A DNA stretch of 64,000 nucleotides, taken from positions 160,766,001 through 160,830,000 of the forward strand of contig NC_082711.1 of the NCBI RefSeq assembly GCF_030144855.1, read 5' to 3'. Both the position numbers and the translations under genes were made by a program. Below, in pieces: positions 61,923 through 64,000 of the stretch. Under the pieces are notes generated by a model that was given only the letters and a program-made list of their open reading frames with translations, was not told where the DNA came from and made no database searches. The number at the start of each line of letters is the position of its first letter. Within the stretch, counting starts at the first letter, position 1. The DNA comes from Hypanus sabinus. Lineage: Eukaryota.

Positions 61923-62671
61923 TTTGGCATGACCTGGCATACGACAATGTAAGTAGAGACAAGGGCAATAAAGATATGAAGATGCTGTCAGAGGGCAATC
62001 ATTGCAACTGCGAAGCATTGCTACAGGTGTTCCTTTGGACAGAATCCTCACTCAGACTGCTGTTTAGGCTTAAACAGAAGGAAGCTCGTTCCCGAATGAC
62101 TGCAGAAGTGTTTTTCTTCCATTGCTAACTCCTCAAATAATGTAACTGTCTCGACCTGCATGGAGCATGACCTGACCAAAATGCAGGCTTGTGTTCATAA
62201 GCAGCGAGTAAATTCTGCACTCTTCAGAAATGGTGGGCAAACATTATCTCTGATTATAGGAAAGCTAACTTTATCAACTTATCATTTAATGGCATTAACA
62301 TAATCATGTCCCTTACATGAAAATTCTGGAGGTCAACACTGAGAAGAAACAATTGGATTGGTGATAAAAATGCTGTGGCTGCCAAGGTTTGTCTGAGGCT
62401 AGAGAGTGACATATAGCTTGACCTCCCTAAAGCCTTTTTATTATCCACATATGTCAAAAGCATGATGGAATGCTCTCTGCTTGCTTGCGTGAGTGCTGTT
62501 GCAAAAAAACAAAGAAGCTCATTCATCACGTACTGCTTACAGGACGGACTGCATTAACCTTCCAAAGTTTCTTCTGTAGGAACAAATTCCATTTATGAAC
62601 CCACATTTCATGTGTGCTTCAAACAAAAACTGGTACTAGGTCATATTAGGTCAAATGACTAGTGTCTGGTC

Positions 62672-62948
62672 AAAGTTCAAAAAGTTCAAAGTACGCTTAT
62701 TATCCAAGTATGTAAACATTTTACATCCTTGATATTCGTCTCACGACAGGCAGCCACAAAATGAAGAACCCATTAAAAAATAGGAGACCATCAGACTCCC
62801 AATGTGCAGAGAGAAAAAGAAAACAAATCATGGAAAGAATGAACATAAGCAATAGCATTCTGAACTGAAGTCCAGAGAGACAGTCCTGTCCACAGAGCAG
62901 AGCGGAGCAGTGAGCCAAACTGGTCCATCCCTCACCTCCGATCCCAAC
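62672..62948 (-). mobile_element. Retroposon with Rex1-type 3' tail (host of the solo LTR; probably continues past 63786)
   Basis: The aaagttcaaaaagttcaaagta tail is shared with 24775 and 43694. Confidence 0.65.
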
Positions 62949-63782
62949 TGTTACGAACCCCGTAACGGGGTCACTTACCAGCAAAGATAGAGAGGTCCGT
63001 TGAAGTCTGATGGTACTATTTTTAACAGTATTTATTAGTAAAAATACACAAAAATAATATCAATGCAAACATACAGATAATATATGTCATCAATACTAAA
63101 TCTAAAAGTGCGGGTATAATAATAATCAATAAGAAATAGCTCTATCGTTGTCTAGGGGATAATGTATTGTCCGATGGAAATATAAAAGTCACTCAGTTCA
63201 TTCAGCCTTTGGTTGGAGTCAAGAGAGAGATTCTTAGAAACTTGCCAGCTTTTCCTTTTTATGATTTCGATCCTTCGAGAGTTCCGTTGGTGTGGCTGGT
63301 CCTTTAGCTAAAGCCGTTCTTCCGTGGCGAGCCCGCCAATTCCCAGGCAAGGGAAAGGACGCACATGAGCCCCCCACCAGCTGTCGCTATTAAACGCTGT
63401 CACGGGATTTCTAGCGTTTCTCCTGGTGCGTCTAAAGGGGTTGTTCCCCAGACCCTCTTTTATCCTTACTCACGGAGTCTCAGATGTAAATCAGGTTGGG
63501 ATGATGCAATCCCTCAACCCGCCCACTCTGGTCATCCCCTGAGGGCTTCAATGAATAGGATAGTACTCAATACACAATTCCGTCTCCAGGAGACAATAGC
63601 CATTATCAATGGTTCCGTCTTGCTGAGGCCAGGACACATTCCAAATCCTTGTGGATTCTGCGTGTCTCTCTCTCATTTCCTGGGTCCCAGACCCAAATTA
63701 ATAGCGATCTTGCGATTCTCAGGAAGGGGGGGGGGCTACTTTGTACCCTTCGGCCTCTCAGAGTTGTGGCACATTCAGAACA
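62949..63782 (-). mobile_element. Solo LTR related to the LTRs of 29311-34553 (diverged subfamily)
   Basis: Reverse complement of that LTR, TGT...ACA ends, perfect 4-bp TSD caac (62945-62948 / 63783-63786). Confidence 0.93.
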
Positions 63783-64000
63783 CAACACCCTGACCTTTTC
63801 AATCTAGCCTGGTGCCTAAGTTGTTACCTGAACACCGGCTTCGGTCACTTCAATACGCTTTGAGATCTGGACCCCACCGCCTCAGTTCAGCTTGCACCTA
63901 ACCTTTCTGGTTATGCAGAGTCATAAAGAAAGAGGGGTTGCTTGGCACAGAGGTTCAATGAAGGTACTCCTGAATCTAGGATCTTGCCAGACAAAAGCAT

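Overview
This is vertebrate nuclear DNA, mostly non-coding and dominated by repeats. The repeat mix (Rex1/Babar and CR1 LINEs, V-SINEs, Penelope-derived foldbacks) points to a cartilaginous fish, probably a ray; that assignment is inference. The only credible host-gene signal is a CpG-island promoter at about 19-22 kb. It has a minus-strand first coding exon (20091-20004, MNRSAFSRYRLEMNAMCFLLAFLLKVRGQ, signal-peptide-like, phase-1 GT donor), so bases 1-20003 are probably its intron 1. A divergent plus-strand spliced transcript is possible. Almost all long ORFs in the track are transposon remnants. Notable items: (1) a 5.2-kb LTR element (29311-34553) with Gag/SCAN-like, CCHC and protease regions but no RT or integrase, and an apparent dead second protease copy, plus a related solo LTR; (2) a hAT (Charlie/SPIN-like) element that cleanly splits a LINE RT; (3) about 12 Penelope-type foldback elements whose consensus is a minimal hammerhead ribozyme; (4) a 513-bp foldback with a perfect U1-complementary splice donor in each arm; (5) two bipartite non-autonomous RTE elements; (6) V-SINEs with different tails; (7) several nested insertions; (8) a 253-N assembly gap. 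Boundaries of decayed repeats are approximate. No database search was possible.
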